DNA of 64,000 bases from Porphyridium purpureum (lineage: Eukaryota). How positions within the stretch are numbered: the stretch's first letter is position 1; each line of letters opens with the position of its first letter. The notes beneath the pieces are model-generated. The model was given only the letters and a program-made list of their open reading frames with translations, had not been told where the DNA came from and searched no databases. The stretch spans positions 1,984,001-2,048,000 of the forward strand of contig VRMN01000001.1 of NCBI GenBank assembly GCA_008690995.1, in the 5' to 3' direction. The translations under genes and the position numbers were made by a program. Shown here piece by piece: positions 21,912-32,842 of this stretch.

Positions 21912-24478
21912 ATCATGCAGCACCAAACGAAGTCAGGAAGCGGGAGATCTCGGCTTCAAGCATGGGCGCCAGCGCAAGCGCGGCGGCGACGGACAAATGA
22001 TGGTCGTCGATGTCACACACTTGGAATCCTTCAAACACAGCCAAGCTGAACTCCTTACGAATCTCGCTCGTCATAGAATCACTCGCGGAATCGTTCGACG
22101 TGCTCAGCATGGCGGACTCCGTCTCTGCAGGTCTCCCGCTCTTCGCTTTCACCTCGAGAGCAGGCAAAAAGTCTATCACCCCAACCTCAATCTCCGACTC
22201 TGTCAACAGCCGCAGAATCTCCAAGTGACGAAAGGACCACTCCGGGTCCATCGCAAACGTCTTCGGACAGTTTTGCAGCCCGCGGTTCTCGATGCAACGG
22301 ACCAACTTGTCTGGAAGGTGTGGGGGGTTCAGAATGAGCACCACACGATGCTTAAGCGATCGAAGCCACTGCACGGTCTCGCGCAGCCGGAAACGACATG
22401 CCATCAATTTGCCAGACTCTTCCGCAATCCACTGGTTGGGCCTCCTGCACCATCCGTCCATGTATTCAGTGACGAAAATGACGCTCGGCTCCATGGCCTC
22501 AAGCTTTTTCTTCACGGAATCGAAGAGGGCTTTGCATTCAGAAACCTTGCCACCGCTAACTGCTTCCCAGTCAAACATCAGGTCCGCACGGCACCCGCTC
22601 CATGCGTGCATCATAAACGACACGTTCCGGTTCACTCCAATGTTGTGAATCGCGGGACGCAAAGCTAGCATCATCGAGTCCCCGACAAACACCGCCTTGC
22701 TGCGAGCTCCGTGCTCGACAGCGCCGAGCTCGCAGTTCTGGCTCCTGTCTGCGTTAGTCTTGTTTCCCTTGAAGCAGTAAATGTCGTGCTTTGGAAAAAC
22801 CGGGAGCTCAATGGGGTACGGAAAGCAGGAGCGCGCCACCGCATCAGAAAGTGGGTCTCCAAATGCCAGCGCTTCCCCCTTGTCTTTACACATGCGTGTC
22901 AAGGAATAGATGTCGCCTGCCCCAGCGTCCTGCCATCCTTCCGCGGGATGGGTTGCATACGCTGCTGGTGCACCCCCAAATAGCGCCACGCTGTCGACTC
23001 GGATGCCGGCTTGCGCCCCCAGCACCATGCTCACAGTAGCCGCAATGCCGCCTGCCATAGCCAGCATTCGCAGTGCGCTCACAGACCCGCCCGACGACCC
23101 GCCCGACGACCCGCCCGACGACCCGCCCGACGACCCGCCAAGCCGCAGTCTCGCCTCCACCGCTTCGTACTGCACCGTGCCCAACATCATCGACCCCACG
23201 AACAGCAGCACTCCAACAACCACGCGCGGCACCGAGCATGCCCAGCTGCCATCTCCAGACACAAGGCAGTACCCGTCAAACGCCACGCGTAGCGGCCAGT
23301 GCACCAGGTACACCGAGTACGACACCTTGCCCACGAACCGCAGCAAACGGTGCGACAGCACCCACGTGCACAGCCAGCTGCGCGGAAACAGGATCAGCAC
23401 CGCACCGCCAACCACACACGGAAAGATCGCCACCGCGTTCACGCGTCCCACGGCTTCCTCGCTCACAAACGCACACGATCCCACAATGGCAAAGAGCCCG
23501 CAGAACGAGCACACATCGACCCACAGGCCTTCCCACCCACTCACAATACCGTACAGCTCCACCAGAACACCACCCACGCAGAACTCCCACGCCCGGAACG
23601 GAACCAGGAAGAACACCGCAGACCCGTCCGTCTTGGACAGCACCTGGCTGGCCACGAGCGACGCTACCCCAACCACGCTGATCCCCAAGCTCCGCCGCAA
23701 CGAAACCACACTCCAAGTGCTTTCTTCATCTCCGCCGCTCCAAACCACGCACCGCGCCGCAAACGTGAGCACGATCAGCACTGCCGGCCACACCACGTAG
23801 AACTGCTCCTCCACCGACAACGACCACGTGTGCAGAAGCGGCTTGGTACCCGCGCTCGCATCCCAGTACCCGGCCTCGCTGTAGAACACAAAGTTCGACA
23901 CCGACGCCAGCGAGCCCAGCGCAGACACGGCGTACGGCTGCACCCATGACCGTGGCATGCACGTCAGCGCATACACCGCCGTCCACGCCACCGTGAACAG
24001 TGAGCTCGGGTACAGACGCCAGAAGCGGCGGACGTAGAACTGGCCCAGCGCCGCGCACAGGTTGCTTGGCACGCCTGTGCGCAGCATGGACGAATACAGG
24101 TTGCGCGTGATCAGAAAGCCCGACAGAACAAAGAACAGGTCCACGCCCAGGAAGCCACCGGGCATGTACAGGTCAAAGTGAAACGCGAGCACGCCCACCA
24201 GCGCAAGCGCGCGCAGGCCGTCCAGATGCTCGAGGTATATGTGGGTATGTGCGCTCTTCACAGGCGAGTGCAGCTCGTCCTCCGCACGGCCGGGCTGCGT
24301 GCTACTCCAGTCCTTGGCGTTCTTGTGGTCTGTCTGCGCACGTGCCGGGCCCTCCAATCCAGGGATCGAGACGCACACCGCGCCTGGCGCACCAGCATGC
24401 TCGAGAGGAGCACGCTGGTGCAGCTCGTGCTGTCTTGCAGTCTGAGAAAGCTCACTCGCAGGCGATTGCTCAAGGTCT
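21912..24478. repeat. Segmental direct duplication, unit 1 (about 2.57 kb; partner 26570-29135)
   Basis: Line-by-line near identity at an offset of 4658/4657 nt. Confidence 0.95.
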
Positions 24479-24549
24479 CGGTCTGCAAGCGCGCCATTCG
24501 GCACTGCCTTCGGCAGCTCCGTCTGGCGCGTCATCCAAGCGCTCCACAT
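21913..24549 (-). CDS. Acyltransferase-3 plus SGNH fusion O-acyltransferase (OafA/OatA-like), copy 1, intact
   Basis: LDGLRALA..FH, GGFLGVDLFFVLSGFLIT, FYVRRFWRLYP, LLHTWSLSVEEQFY, GKVSYSVYLVHWP; SGNH GDS and D..H (DDHHLS). Confidence 0.9.
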   Translation of the reverse strand: MWSAWMTRQTELPKAVPNGALADRDLEQSPASELSQTARQHELHQRAPLEHAGAPGAVCVSIPGLEGPARAQTDHKNAKDWSSTQPGRAEDELHSPVKSAHTHIYLEHLDGLRALALVGVLAFHFDLYMPGGFLGVDLFFVLSGFLITRNLYSSMLRTGVPSNLCAALGQFYVRRFWRLYPSSLFTVAWTAVYALTCMPRSWVQPYAVSALGSLASVSNFVFYSEAGYWDASAGTKPLLHTWSLSVEEQFYVVWPAVLIVLTFAARCVVWSGGDEESTWSVVSLRRSLGISVVGVASLVASQVLSKTDGSAVFFLVPFRAWEFCVGGVLVELYGIVSGWEGLWVDVCSFCGLFAIVGSCAFVSEEAVGRVNAVAIFPCVVGGAVLILFPRSWLCTWVLSHRLLRFVGKVSYSVYLVHWPLRVAFDGYCLVSGDGSWACSVPRVVVGVLLFVGSMMLGTVQYEAVEARLRLGGSSGGSSGGSSGGSSGGSVSALRMLAMAGGIAATVSMVLGAQAGIRVDSVALFGGAPAAYATHPAEGWQDAGAGDIYSLTRMCKDKGEALAFGDPLSDAVARSCFPYPIELPVFPKHDIYCFKGNKTNADRSQNCELGAVEHGARSKAVFVGDSMMLALRPAIHNIGVNRNVSFMMHAWSGCRADLMFDWEAVSGGKVSECKALFDSVKKKLEAMEPSVIFVTEYMDGWCRRPNQWIAEESGKLMACRFRLRETVQWLRSLKHRVVLILNPPHLPDKLVRCIENRGLQNCPKTFAMDPEWSFRHLEILRLLTESEIEVGVIDFLPALEVKAKSGRPAETESAMLSTSNDSASDSMTSEIRKEFSLAVFEGFQVCDIDDHHLSVAAALALAPMLEAEISRFLTSFGAA
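23084..23139. repeat. 12-bp tandem repeat (GACCCGCCCGAC)x4.7 encoding a (GGSS)n linker
   Basis: Seen directly; same copy number at 27742-27797. Confidence 0.95.
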
Positions 24550-25402
24550 CGCGGCTCCCACGAAGAACACCTAGCTCGCTCTGGAACCGACCTTGACGGT
24601 CGTTCCAACATGCAAGCTTGCGCCCTTGTCATCCCTGTGCGTGCCTTTAAGTCGGCGGGCGCGCGGCGCTCCTTGTTTGGGGCGGTTTCCTGCCAGACAA
24701 CGGAGACTGCATAGTGTGGAGCGCGCTGTTGTGATTTTCCACGTCCGGAACAGAATCAACACCGCGCGTTTCGTTTACGCCGTGTCCACAGTTGGCCCAC
24801 ACTCCCCCCCCTCCATCGCATTCAAAGGCATGGTTTGACGTGCACAGTTCGAAACACGCAGTTTCATGCATGCATGCATGCATTCATTCATACACGCACC
24901 TCATCCGCAAGCGAGTGACGCGTGTCCATCCATCGTGCGGCGGCCCTTTGCGCGCGCGCGGCGCCACAGCAACCGCTGTACGCATCCATAGTGGAACGCC
25001 CACGCCTTGACATCCCCGCTCACCACTCGCTCCACGTGACACGCCGCATCCCGAATCACACACGCCCCAAAAAAGGCAAACACCCACCGTTGAGTTCACC
25101 GAATCAAATAGACAGTTCAGTGCTCCTTGGTGGGTTCAACGCGTCGTGTGTGTCAGCATTCCACGGCTAAAATTGAAGGAACACACGCAACCGTACTTAC
25201 GTACAAGTGCACGCCACAATCATCATTCGACCGCGTTCTATTCTTAACTCACACTGGGACACCCACGCACTGACAATGACAGAACGTGGAAGAAAAATAG
25301 GAATGCACCAAACAGTGCACGACGTTTAATTTTTGTTCTTCATTTTTTCGAATTATTTGTGGTTGTTTAGGAACTCACCCGCCGCGAGGTGGAAGCAACG
25401 CC

Positions 25403-25404
25403 GT

Positions 25405-25435
<31 letters not shown>
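25403..25435. repeat. (GT)n microsatellite
   Basis: GT dinucleotide run with one interruption. Confidence 0.95.
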
Positions 25436-26569
25436 CGTGCGTCGGTAGGCGAGCTTGCGCGAGCAAAAGGCGTGGCGGAAGGCGCAGCGGCGATCTTTCG
25501 GCGTCGCCGTTCCGCTGCCGCCCTGGCCTCGGCCGCGCTCGAGCCCGCGCGGTTCATGGCGCTCTGTCGCCATTGAGCTGCAGCGCCGTCTGTTTCATTC
25601 GGGATGGGGACAGGCATATACGTGTGCTCCGGTGATCCCCAACATTACACATCAGCCGGCCAAAGGTCGCAGCCGCCTTGAGGATTTTACATGTGCGCGC
25701 GAGTGCAAGCCTCAGCTACACGACAGTGCATGTCCTTGCTCGAGCGCCGGCTGCCTTGGGTGCCGCGTCGTACTCGAGCTTCGTGCGTCCGGGACAGGCG
25801 GACTTTGGGATGACTTTCTCGCACGGGAGCTTCTCGTACAGCGTGGAGGAAGCGACAATGGTGCTTGCGTCCTGCAGTTTTGGCCACGAAGCAACACACG
25901 TGACGGGACATCCCGGCGGCACTGCAGGCCTTCCCCTCCCGACCACAAACGAGGCAAAATGTTTGAACGAACTGCGAGGATCGGTCACTGCCTCAGAGGC
26001 TCAGGCCCGTGGCAGAGGATGAGAAGAGAACTTGCTTGATGCAGGCAATCGACAGGGATCCTCGTCGCAAGATGTTCAAGACGAAGGGCTGGAGTGCTTA
26101 TCGGCCGCCGCAGGCAGTCTGGCACGCTCTTACAATAATCGCTTAGCGTGGCCCACCAAGAGTCGGGCACGAGTGAGTTTCCGGCTCGGCCTTTGCTTGC
26201 GTAAATTATGGCTCGTAGCTGACGGCCTTCATCGAACTCACCAGAGTGGCACGTGAACAGTAGGGCAGGCTTCCTCAGGGTAGCACGCAAACTAGGAGCT
26301 ATATATCGCGCGGCTACGAGCCGCACGTGGACACCCTTGTAAACTGCGCATGTCAAAGGCTAGAACAGGTAATGAGGTTCCCTTTCTGTCTCATCCATGC
26401 ATTTGTCGTCGCGTCGAATCGTCCTAAAGTTATGTTAGCTACATGATCACGACCTTTTGCGCAATCTCACGCGCTGGTGCGCTGGGGACAAGATGTTAGT
26501 GATATCCTTTCTCTACACGTGCTGTCATGGCAGGAAGTGTGGCCCCGATCATTCAATATAGCATGAAGA

Positions 26570-29135
26570 ATCATGCCTTACCAAACAAAGTCAGAAGGCG
26601 GGAGATCTCGGCTTCAAGCATGGGCGCCAGCGCCAGCGTAGCGGCCCGGGATAAATGATGCTCATCTATATCATGCACTTGAAATCTTTCAAACACAGCC
26701 AAGCTGAACTCCTTACGAATCTCGCTCGTTTTCGAATCGCTCGCGGAATCGTTCGACGTGCTCAGCATGGCGGACTCCGTCTCCGCAGGTCTCCCGCTCT
26801 TCGCTTTCACCTCGAGAGCAGGCAAAAAGTCTATCACCCCAACCTCAATCTCCGACTCTGTCAACAGCCGCAGAATCTCCAAGTGACGAAAGGACCACTC
26901 CGGGTCCATCGCAAACGTCTTCGGACAGTTTTGCAGCCCGCGGTTCTCGATGCAACGGACCAAATTGTCTGGAAGGTGTGGGGGGTTCAGACTGAGCACT
27001 ACACGATGCTTAAGCGATCGAAGCCACTGCACGGTCTCGCGCAGCCGGAAACGACATGCCATCAATTTGCCAGACTCTTCCGCAATCCACTGGTTGGGCC
27101 TCCTGCACCATCCGTCAAAGTATTCAGTGACGAAAATGACGCTCGGCTCCATGGCCTCAAGCTTTGTCTTCACGGAATCGAAGCGGCCTTTGCATTCAGA
27201 AACCTTGCCACCGCTAACTGCTTCCCAGTCATACATCAGGTCCGCACGGCACCCGCTCCATGCATGCATCATAAACGACACGTTCCGGTTCACTCCAATG
27301 TTGTGAATCGCGGGACGCAAAGCTAGCATCATCGAGTCCCCGACAAACACCGCCTTGCTGCGAGCTCCGTGCTCGACGGCGCCGAGCTCGCAGTTCTGGC
27401 TCCTGTCTGCGTCGGTCTTGTTTCCCTTGAAGCAGTAAATGTCGTGCTTTGGAAAAACCGGGAGCTCAATGGGGTACGGAAGGCAAGAGCGCGCCACCGC
27501 ATCTGAAAGTGGGTCTCCAAATGCCAGCGCTTCCCCCTTGTCTTTACACATGCGCGTCAAGGAATAGATGTCGCCTGCCCCAGCGTCCTGCCATCCTTCC
27601 GCGGGGTGGGTTGCATACGCTGCTGGTGCACCCCCAAAGAGCACCACGCTGTCGACTCGGATGCCGGCTCGCGCCCCCAGCACCATGCTCACAGTAGCCG
27701 CAATGCCGCCTGCCATAGCCAGCATTCGCAGTGCGCTCACAGACCCGCCCGACGACCCGCCCGACGACCCGCCCGACGACCCGCCCGACGACCCGCCAAG
27801 CCGCAGTCTCGCCTCCACCGCTTCGTACTGCACCGTGCCCAACATCATCGACCCCACGAACAGCAGCACTCCAACAACCACGCGCGGCACCGAGCATGCC
27901 CAGCTGCCACCTCCAGACACAAGGCAGTACCCGTCAAACGCCACGCGCAGCGGCCAGTGCACCAGGTACACCGAGTACGACACCTTGCCCACGAACCGCA
28001 GCAAACGGTGCGACAGCACCCACGTGCACAGCCAGCTGCGCGGAAACAGGATCAGCACCGCACCGCCAACCACACACGGAAAGATCGCCACCGCGTTCAC
28101 GCGTCCCACGGCTTCCTCGCTCACAAACGCACACGATCCCACAATGGCAAAGAGCCCGCAGAACGAGCACACATCGACCCACAGGCCTTCCCACCCACTC
28201 ACAATACCGTACAGCTCCACCAGAACACCTCCCACGCAGAACTCCCACGCCCGGAACGGAACCAAAAAGAACACCGCAGACCCGTCCGTCTTGGACAGCA
28301 CCTGGCTAGCCACGAGCGACGCTACCCCAACCACGCTGATCCCCAAGCTCCGCCGCAACGAAACCACACTCCAAGTGCTTTCTTCATCTCCGCCGCTCCA
28401 AACCACGCACCGCGCCGCAAACGTGAGCACGATCAGCACTGCCGGCCACACCACGTAGAACTGCTCCTCCACCGACAACGACCACGTGTGCAGAAGCGGC
28501 TTGGTACCCGCGCTCGCATCCCAGTACCCGGCCTCGCTGTAGAACACAAGTTCGACACCGACGCCAGCGAGCCCAGCGCAGACACGGCGTACGGCTGCAC
28601 CCATGACCGTGGCATGCACGTCAGCGCATACACCGCCGTCCACGCCACCGTGAACAGTGAGCTCGGGTACAGACGCCAGAAGCGGCGGACGTAGAACTGG
28701 CCCAGCGCCGCGCACAGGTTGCTTGGCACGCCTGTGCGCAGCATGGACGAGTACAGGTTGCGCGTGATCAGAAAGCCCGACAGAACAAAGAACAGGTCCA
28801 CGCCCAGGAAGCCACCGGGCATGTACAGGTCAAAGTGAAACGCGAGCACGCCCACCAGCGCAAGCGCGCGCAGGCCGTCCAGATGCTCGAGGTATGTGTG
28901 GGCGCGTGCGCTCTTCACAGACGAGTACAGCTCGTCCTCCGCACGGCCGGGCTGCGTGCTACTCCAGTCTTTGGCGTTCTCGTGGTCTGTCTGCGCACGT
29001 GCCGGGCCCTCCAATCCAGGGATCGAGACGTACGCCGCGCCTGGCGCACCAGCGTGCTCGAGAGGAGCACGCTGGTGCAGCTCGTGCTGTCTTGCAGTCT
29101 GAGAAACCTCACTCGCAGGCGATTGCTCAAGGTCT
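26570..29135. repeat. Segmental direct duplication, unit 2
   Basis: Near-identical to 21912-24478. Confidence 0.95.
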
Positions 29136-29314
29136 TGCTCGGGCGGTAACGCTCTGCTCTGGTCATGGTCTTGTTCACGCCCCAACGGAGCTTCGTGCCC
29201 ATGGTCTCGCTCGACACGCTCGCCGTGAACTGCTCCCAGTAGACGCGCCTTTCTGCGCGCCACCTTGGCAGATGCTTTCCACATCACATTTGTCTGCCAA
29301 AAGCAACGAAGCAT
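26571..29314 (-). pseudogene. AT3-SGNH O-acyltransferase copy 2, frameshifted by a 1-bp deletion at about 28548 (real or assembly error)
   Basis: ORFs 28433-29314 and 26571-28715 join into a full-length paralog. AAA at 23890-23892 in copy 1 is AA at 28548-28549 here. Confidence 0.8.
27742..27797. repeat. 12-bp tandem repeat encoding a (GGSS)n linker (copy 2)
   Basis: Seen directly. Confidence 0.95.
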
Positions 29315-29570
29315 TCATACGGTCCCATGAACACTTGCCCTTGAGCTACCGACATACATTCCTCCGCCCCGAACCCCGAGTCCGCTGGGAGCCCGTGTCT
29401 CGGTGGTAACCCGGACTGATCGAGCAGCGGACGTTGTCAGTTAGGGCACCGTGCAGCTTACGTCTCTACCCTCTGCAAGTCTTCCAGATTGCGCGAGAAA
29501 ATGCTTTTGCCCTCCCTCGCACCTCCCGCAAACGCGAACCTTTTTCTGAGAGTCGGGGTTGGTCGTCAGC

Positions 29571-31553
29571 ATGCGGAGCTCCGTCTTTGTCATTCTGTTG
29601 TTGATTGTGATAGAACTGCTAGTTCCGCGCCATGCGGAAACATGCGTGGACATATCCTTGGCGCCACCGTTTCCGCCAGAAGCCTGGAGTTGGCAATGTG
29701 CGGCTTCAGACCGCAGCTCGGATGGACCGGATGCTGACATGAGCTACGCATCGTCCGCACGGCATACGTGTGTCGATGCTGTCGTGACCGTGTACACATA
29801 TGATCGTCCGCGCTATTTGCTCGCTCTTCTGCGCGACTTGCGTCGCGAGAGCCGCGCGGCGGAGATTCGCGTGGCCGTACACGTGATCGACGACAATTCC
29901 ATGGACTGCACGTTTGCGTCCTCAGACGTCAATTATTTCGAATCGCAGACGAGAAGCAAAGACGCAACTGATTCTTTGCTGGTTGAGGTGACTCAAGAAT
30001 GGTTCCATGGCGACCGTCAGGAGAGTCAGCGACCGAGGTGCGTTTCTGCAGCGCGGATGAAAGACGCGGCAGACTTTATTTTTGAGCAAGAAGAGCCGCA
30101 GTGGCGGCTGTACACGAGCAAGTACCGTCACGGCAGGCGCCGGTACTGGAATTTAATTCGCGAATCGTATGCGCTTTTGGAACAATGGGGACTGCCCGAC
30201 TCGTCCTGCTCAACTGATGCGCACCCCTTGTATTTTTACTTCCTGCCGGATGACGTACGTCTTTGCAACAACTTTTTCTCCAGAAGTATGGCGCTGTGGA
30301 ACATGATCCGTGACGAGGATGAGGGCTCAAACGGTGAGGAGAAGATCAGTCTCATGCTGCATATTGAGAAAAGTCGCGAGCACGAAGCGGTGTGGACAAA
30401 TATACGGCCTTCACGGCTTTCTTACAGTGAGAAGATTTTGCGCATAGGGTGGGTCGAATCCGGCAACTTTATGGCCTCGCGCAGATTCTTAGAAGAGATG
30501 GGCTTTTCTTTTCCATACTTGTCACCTGAACGATGGATCAATAACCCGAATATCTCATCAGGCGTGGGCGCCACGCTTTCCGCGCTCTTTGTGCAGCGGA
30601 AGAAGGCCATGTACCGCACATCACATTCGCTCTTGGCTCACGTGGGCGTGGGCGCGAGGAGCAAAATGAATGCCGGCATTGAGCGTGGATCAACGCACCA
30701 CACAATCCATTACATGGACGGCGAGAGTGCGTATAAGCACCTGCTCCGCAAGCATGCATACACGGTGGCGGTGAGTATTGCGTCTAAATGGAGCCGCGCG
30801 ATTGCTCTACATGGCGTGGTGGATTCACTTGCCTCACAAGTCGACTCGCTGCACGTATATCTGAACGACTATGAATTTGTGCCTTCTTTCTTGTCCGGGG
30901 CGTCGTGGATTCACGTGCTTCAGAGTCAGAGTGACTCCGCAGGTGGCGACATTGGCGATATCGGCAAGTTCTGGTGGGCGGGCGGGGTCCACTTTTCATA
31001 TATGGAAAGCCACTTTGATTATCATTTGACATGTGATGACGATCTGATGTATCCGAGTGACTACGTGGAACGAATGGTCGCTGCCGCGCAAAGTTACGAT
31101 GGCGCGGTGTTTGTAGGATTGCATGGAATCCAAATCGACTCGGGTCGTCTCATGGGAAGGGGTCGGAACAGTGGATATTATGCGTCACGCACCGTGTTTT
31201 TATGGTCGGACAAACTGGAGCACGACACTGTTGTGCATGCGCTCGGTACTGGGACGCTTTGCTATGACATTCATCAAGTCGGGCCAATTCCTCTCGGCTT
31301 GTTTGGAGCACCAAATATGGCCGACTTATGGGTTGCGAGGTTTGCACAGGGCCGTCAGATCCCGATGGTCGCCGTTCAGAGGCCACAGGGCTGGTTGAAG
31401 GAGGTGTCCGGTACCTTTGAGGATAGTCTGTATGTGCAGCTCAACAAACGAGAGAACAAGAAGAAGGAACGGTTCGTCACACAGGTCGCAAAAGACGGCG
31501 TGCCTTGGGCCCTCTTTCCTGCAGCTCTTAAATCCAAACAGGATGAAGGGTGA
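29571..31553 (+). CDS. Type II membrane / secreted glycosyltransferase-like protein with two GT-A-like modules
   Basis: N-terminal anchor MRSSVFVILLLIVIELL. Module 1: VTVYTYDRP..HVIDDNS..YFLPDD. Module 2: VSIAS..SLASQVDSLHVYLN..GDIGKF..LTCDDDLMYPSDY..LGTGT..NMADLW. Confidence 0.75.
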   Translation: MRSSVFVILLLIVIELLVPRHAETCVDISLAPPFPPEAWSWQCAASDRSSDGPDADMSYASSARHTCVDAVVTVYTYDRPRYLLALLRDLRRESRAAEIRVAVHVIDDNSMDCTFASSDVNYFESQTRSKDATDSLLVEVTQEWFHGDRQESQRPRCVSAARMKDAADFIFEQEEPQWRLYTSKYRHGRRRYWNLIRESYALLEQWGLPDSSCSTDAHPLYFYFLPDDVRLCNNFFSRSMALWNMIRDEDEGSNGEEKISLMLHIEKSREHEAVWTNIRPSRLSYSEKILRIGWVESGNFMASRRFLEEMGFSFPYLSPERWINNPNISSGVGATLSALFVQRKKAMYRTSHSLLAHVGVGARSKMNAGIERGSTHHTIHYMDGESAYKHLLRKHAYTVAVSIASKWSRAIALHGVVDSLASQVDSLHVYLNDYEFVPSFLSGASWIHVLQSQSDSAGGDIGDIGKFWWAGGVHFSYMESHFDYHLTCDDDLMYPSDYVERMVAAAQSYDGAVFVGLHGIQIDSGRLMGRGRNSGYYASRTVFLWSDKLEHDTVVHALGTGTLCYDIHQVGPIPLGLFGAPNMADLWVARFAQGRQIPMVAVQRPQGWLKEVSGTFEDSLYVQLNKRENKKKERFVTQVAKDGVPWALFPAALKSKQDEG

Positions 31554-31807
31554 AAGGTGTACGGGCAAGTGACTGTGTGGTTTCACCGCTCGCACTTGGA
31601 TACTCGCGTGTGAGTTGAGTTGGGCACAGCAGTATTACACATGCCATACATTTTCTGTGGAAGCAGATTGTATGCTATTCATCGCGCGATAGATACGTGA
31701 ACATTGTCCGCGCAGCAGTGTGGACGCGAGAGGCATGCAACATGCCTTGCGACAGCCTTCGAAGCGTGCTCCGCACTTGGTATGATGAGGCAAACCTGCA
31801 ATCGCCA

Positions 31808-31831
31808 TTTAGCCGTTTAGCCGTTTAGCCG
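31808..31831. repeat. 8-bp tandem repeat (TTTAGCCG)x3 upstream of VTI1
   Basis: Seen directly. Confidence 0.8.
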
Positions 31832-31944
31832 CCCAGTTGATTGAATGGCGCCCAGCTGATCCAAGTGCTGTGGTTTCTGGACTCGCGGTTGCGCTCAAGG
31901 CATCGGAGAGGGAGCGGGGAGAACGCAAGCTTGACCGGCTCATC

Positions 31945-32643
31945 ATGAGCGAGACATTCCGGCTCTATGAGCGAGAGGCGCAGGACATGTTGTCCAGCGG
32001 ACTCGGCTTGTTGTCCAGTGCGCGCGGGAGCGGAGCAGATACAGGAACCGTAGGGACATCGGCTCTGAGCGCGACAGCGCACAAGGAAGTGGACGCTCTG
32101 CTTGCGGAACTTCAAGCGCTCGTGCGATCAATGGAGCTGGAGGCAGCGTCGCACCCGTCGCGCAGAGACAGCGATATCCGCAAGTCGATGGACGCGCGAG
32201 TGGGTGATGTGCGCGCGCAGATTGTGGAGCTACGTGCTCAGCTCAAGCATGACAAGCAGCAGCTGCAGAGCCGGATGCTGCTGGATGGTGGAGGAGGAGG
32301 ATCAAGTGCGGCGACGCGGGAAGGTGATAGGCGGAACATGCAGAAGCAGACGGAGCAGCTGGAACGGGCCAGCGAGAGGGTCAAGGAGAGCCAGAGAGTC
32401 GCGGCAGACACAGAGTTGATGGGTGCGCAGATCTTATCTGACCTCAGCGGCCAGGGCGCTGTCCTAGCTCGCGCGCGCGAAAACTTGGGCGGGGTCAATG
32501 AAGACTTGACGCGAAGCCATGGCGTCATGGGAGCGATTAACCGGCGCGAATTCACCAACCGGCTTGTCATGTATTCCGTCGCAGCGGCGGTGGTTCTGGT
32601 CCTCCTGATCGTGCTGTTCTTTCGCTTCAACCGACACAGTTGA
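31945..32643 (+). CDS. VTI1: Qb-SNARE Vti1
   Basis: MSETFRLYE, SMELEA, SNARE coiled coil ESQRVAADTE.MG.QILSDL.GQ and a C-terminal TM helix. Confidence 0.9.
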   Translation: MSETFRLYEREAQDMLSSGLGLLSSARGSGADTGTVGTSALSATAHKEVDALLAELQALVRSMELEAASHPSRRDSDIRKSMDARVGDVRAQIVELRAQLKHDKQQLQSRMLLDGGGGGSSAATREGDRRNMQKQTEQLERASERVKESQRVAADTELMGAQILSDLSGQGAVLARARENLGGVNEDLTRSHGVMGAINRREFTNRLVMYSVAAAVVLVLLIVLFFRFNRHS

Positions 32644-32842
32644 CATGCCCGCCATCACAGCGCAGTCAAGTATTTCCGTACGCAACGCAGTCACAGCTCA
32701 TACAGTAAAACGGTACTAATGTTTAAGAACCCTGATTCTAACCGCGGAGAGCAGTTAAGTTTAGGGTCGCGGGAGCTCTCCTTTTCGATGCGAGAACGGC
32801 CGGACGGACCTCCGCGCATCCCATCCGAGCAAGTTTGTCATA

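Noticed and set aside
23084..23139. 12-bp tandem repeat considered as a CRISPR-like or regulatory array
   Set aside because: It has no spacers and simply encodes an in-frame Gly/Ser linker.
22910..23949. Long plus-strand ORFs overlapping the acyltransferases (also 27568-28694), HemA (10891-11824) and gag-pol (55856-56977)
   Set aside because: These are antisense shadows of GC3-rich genes with no independent motifs.
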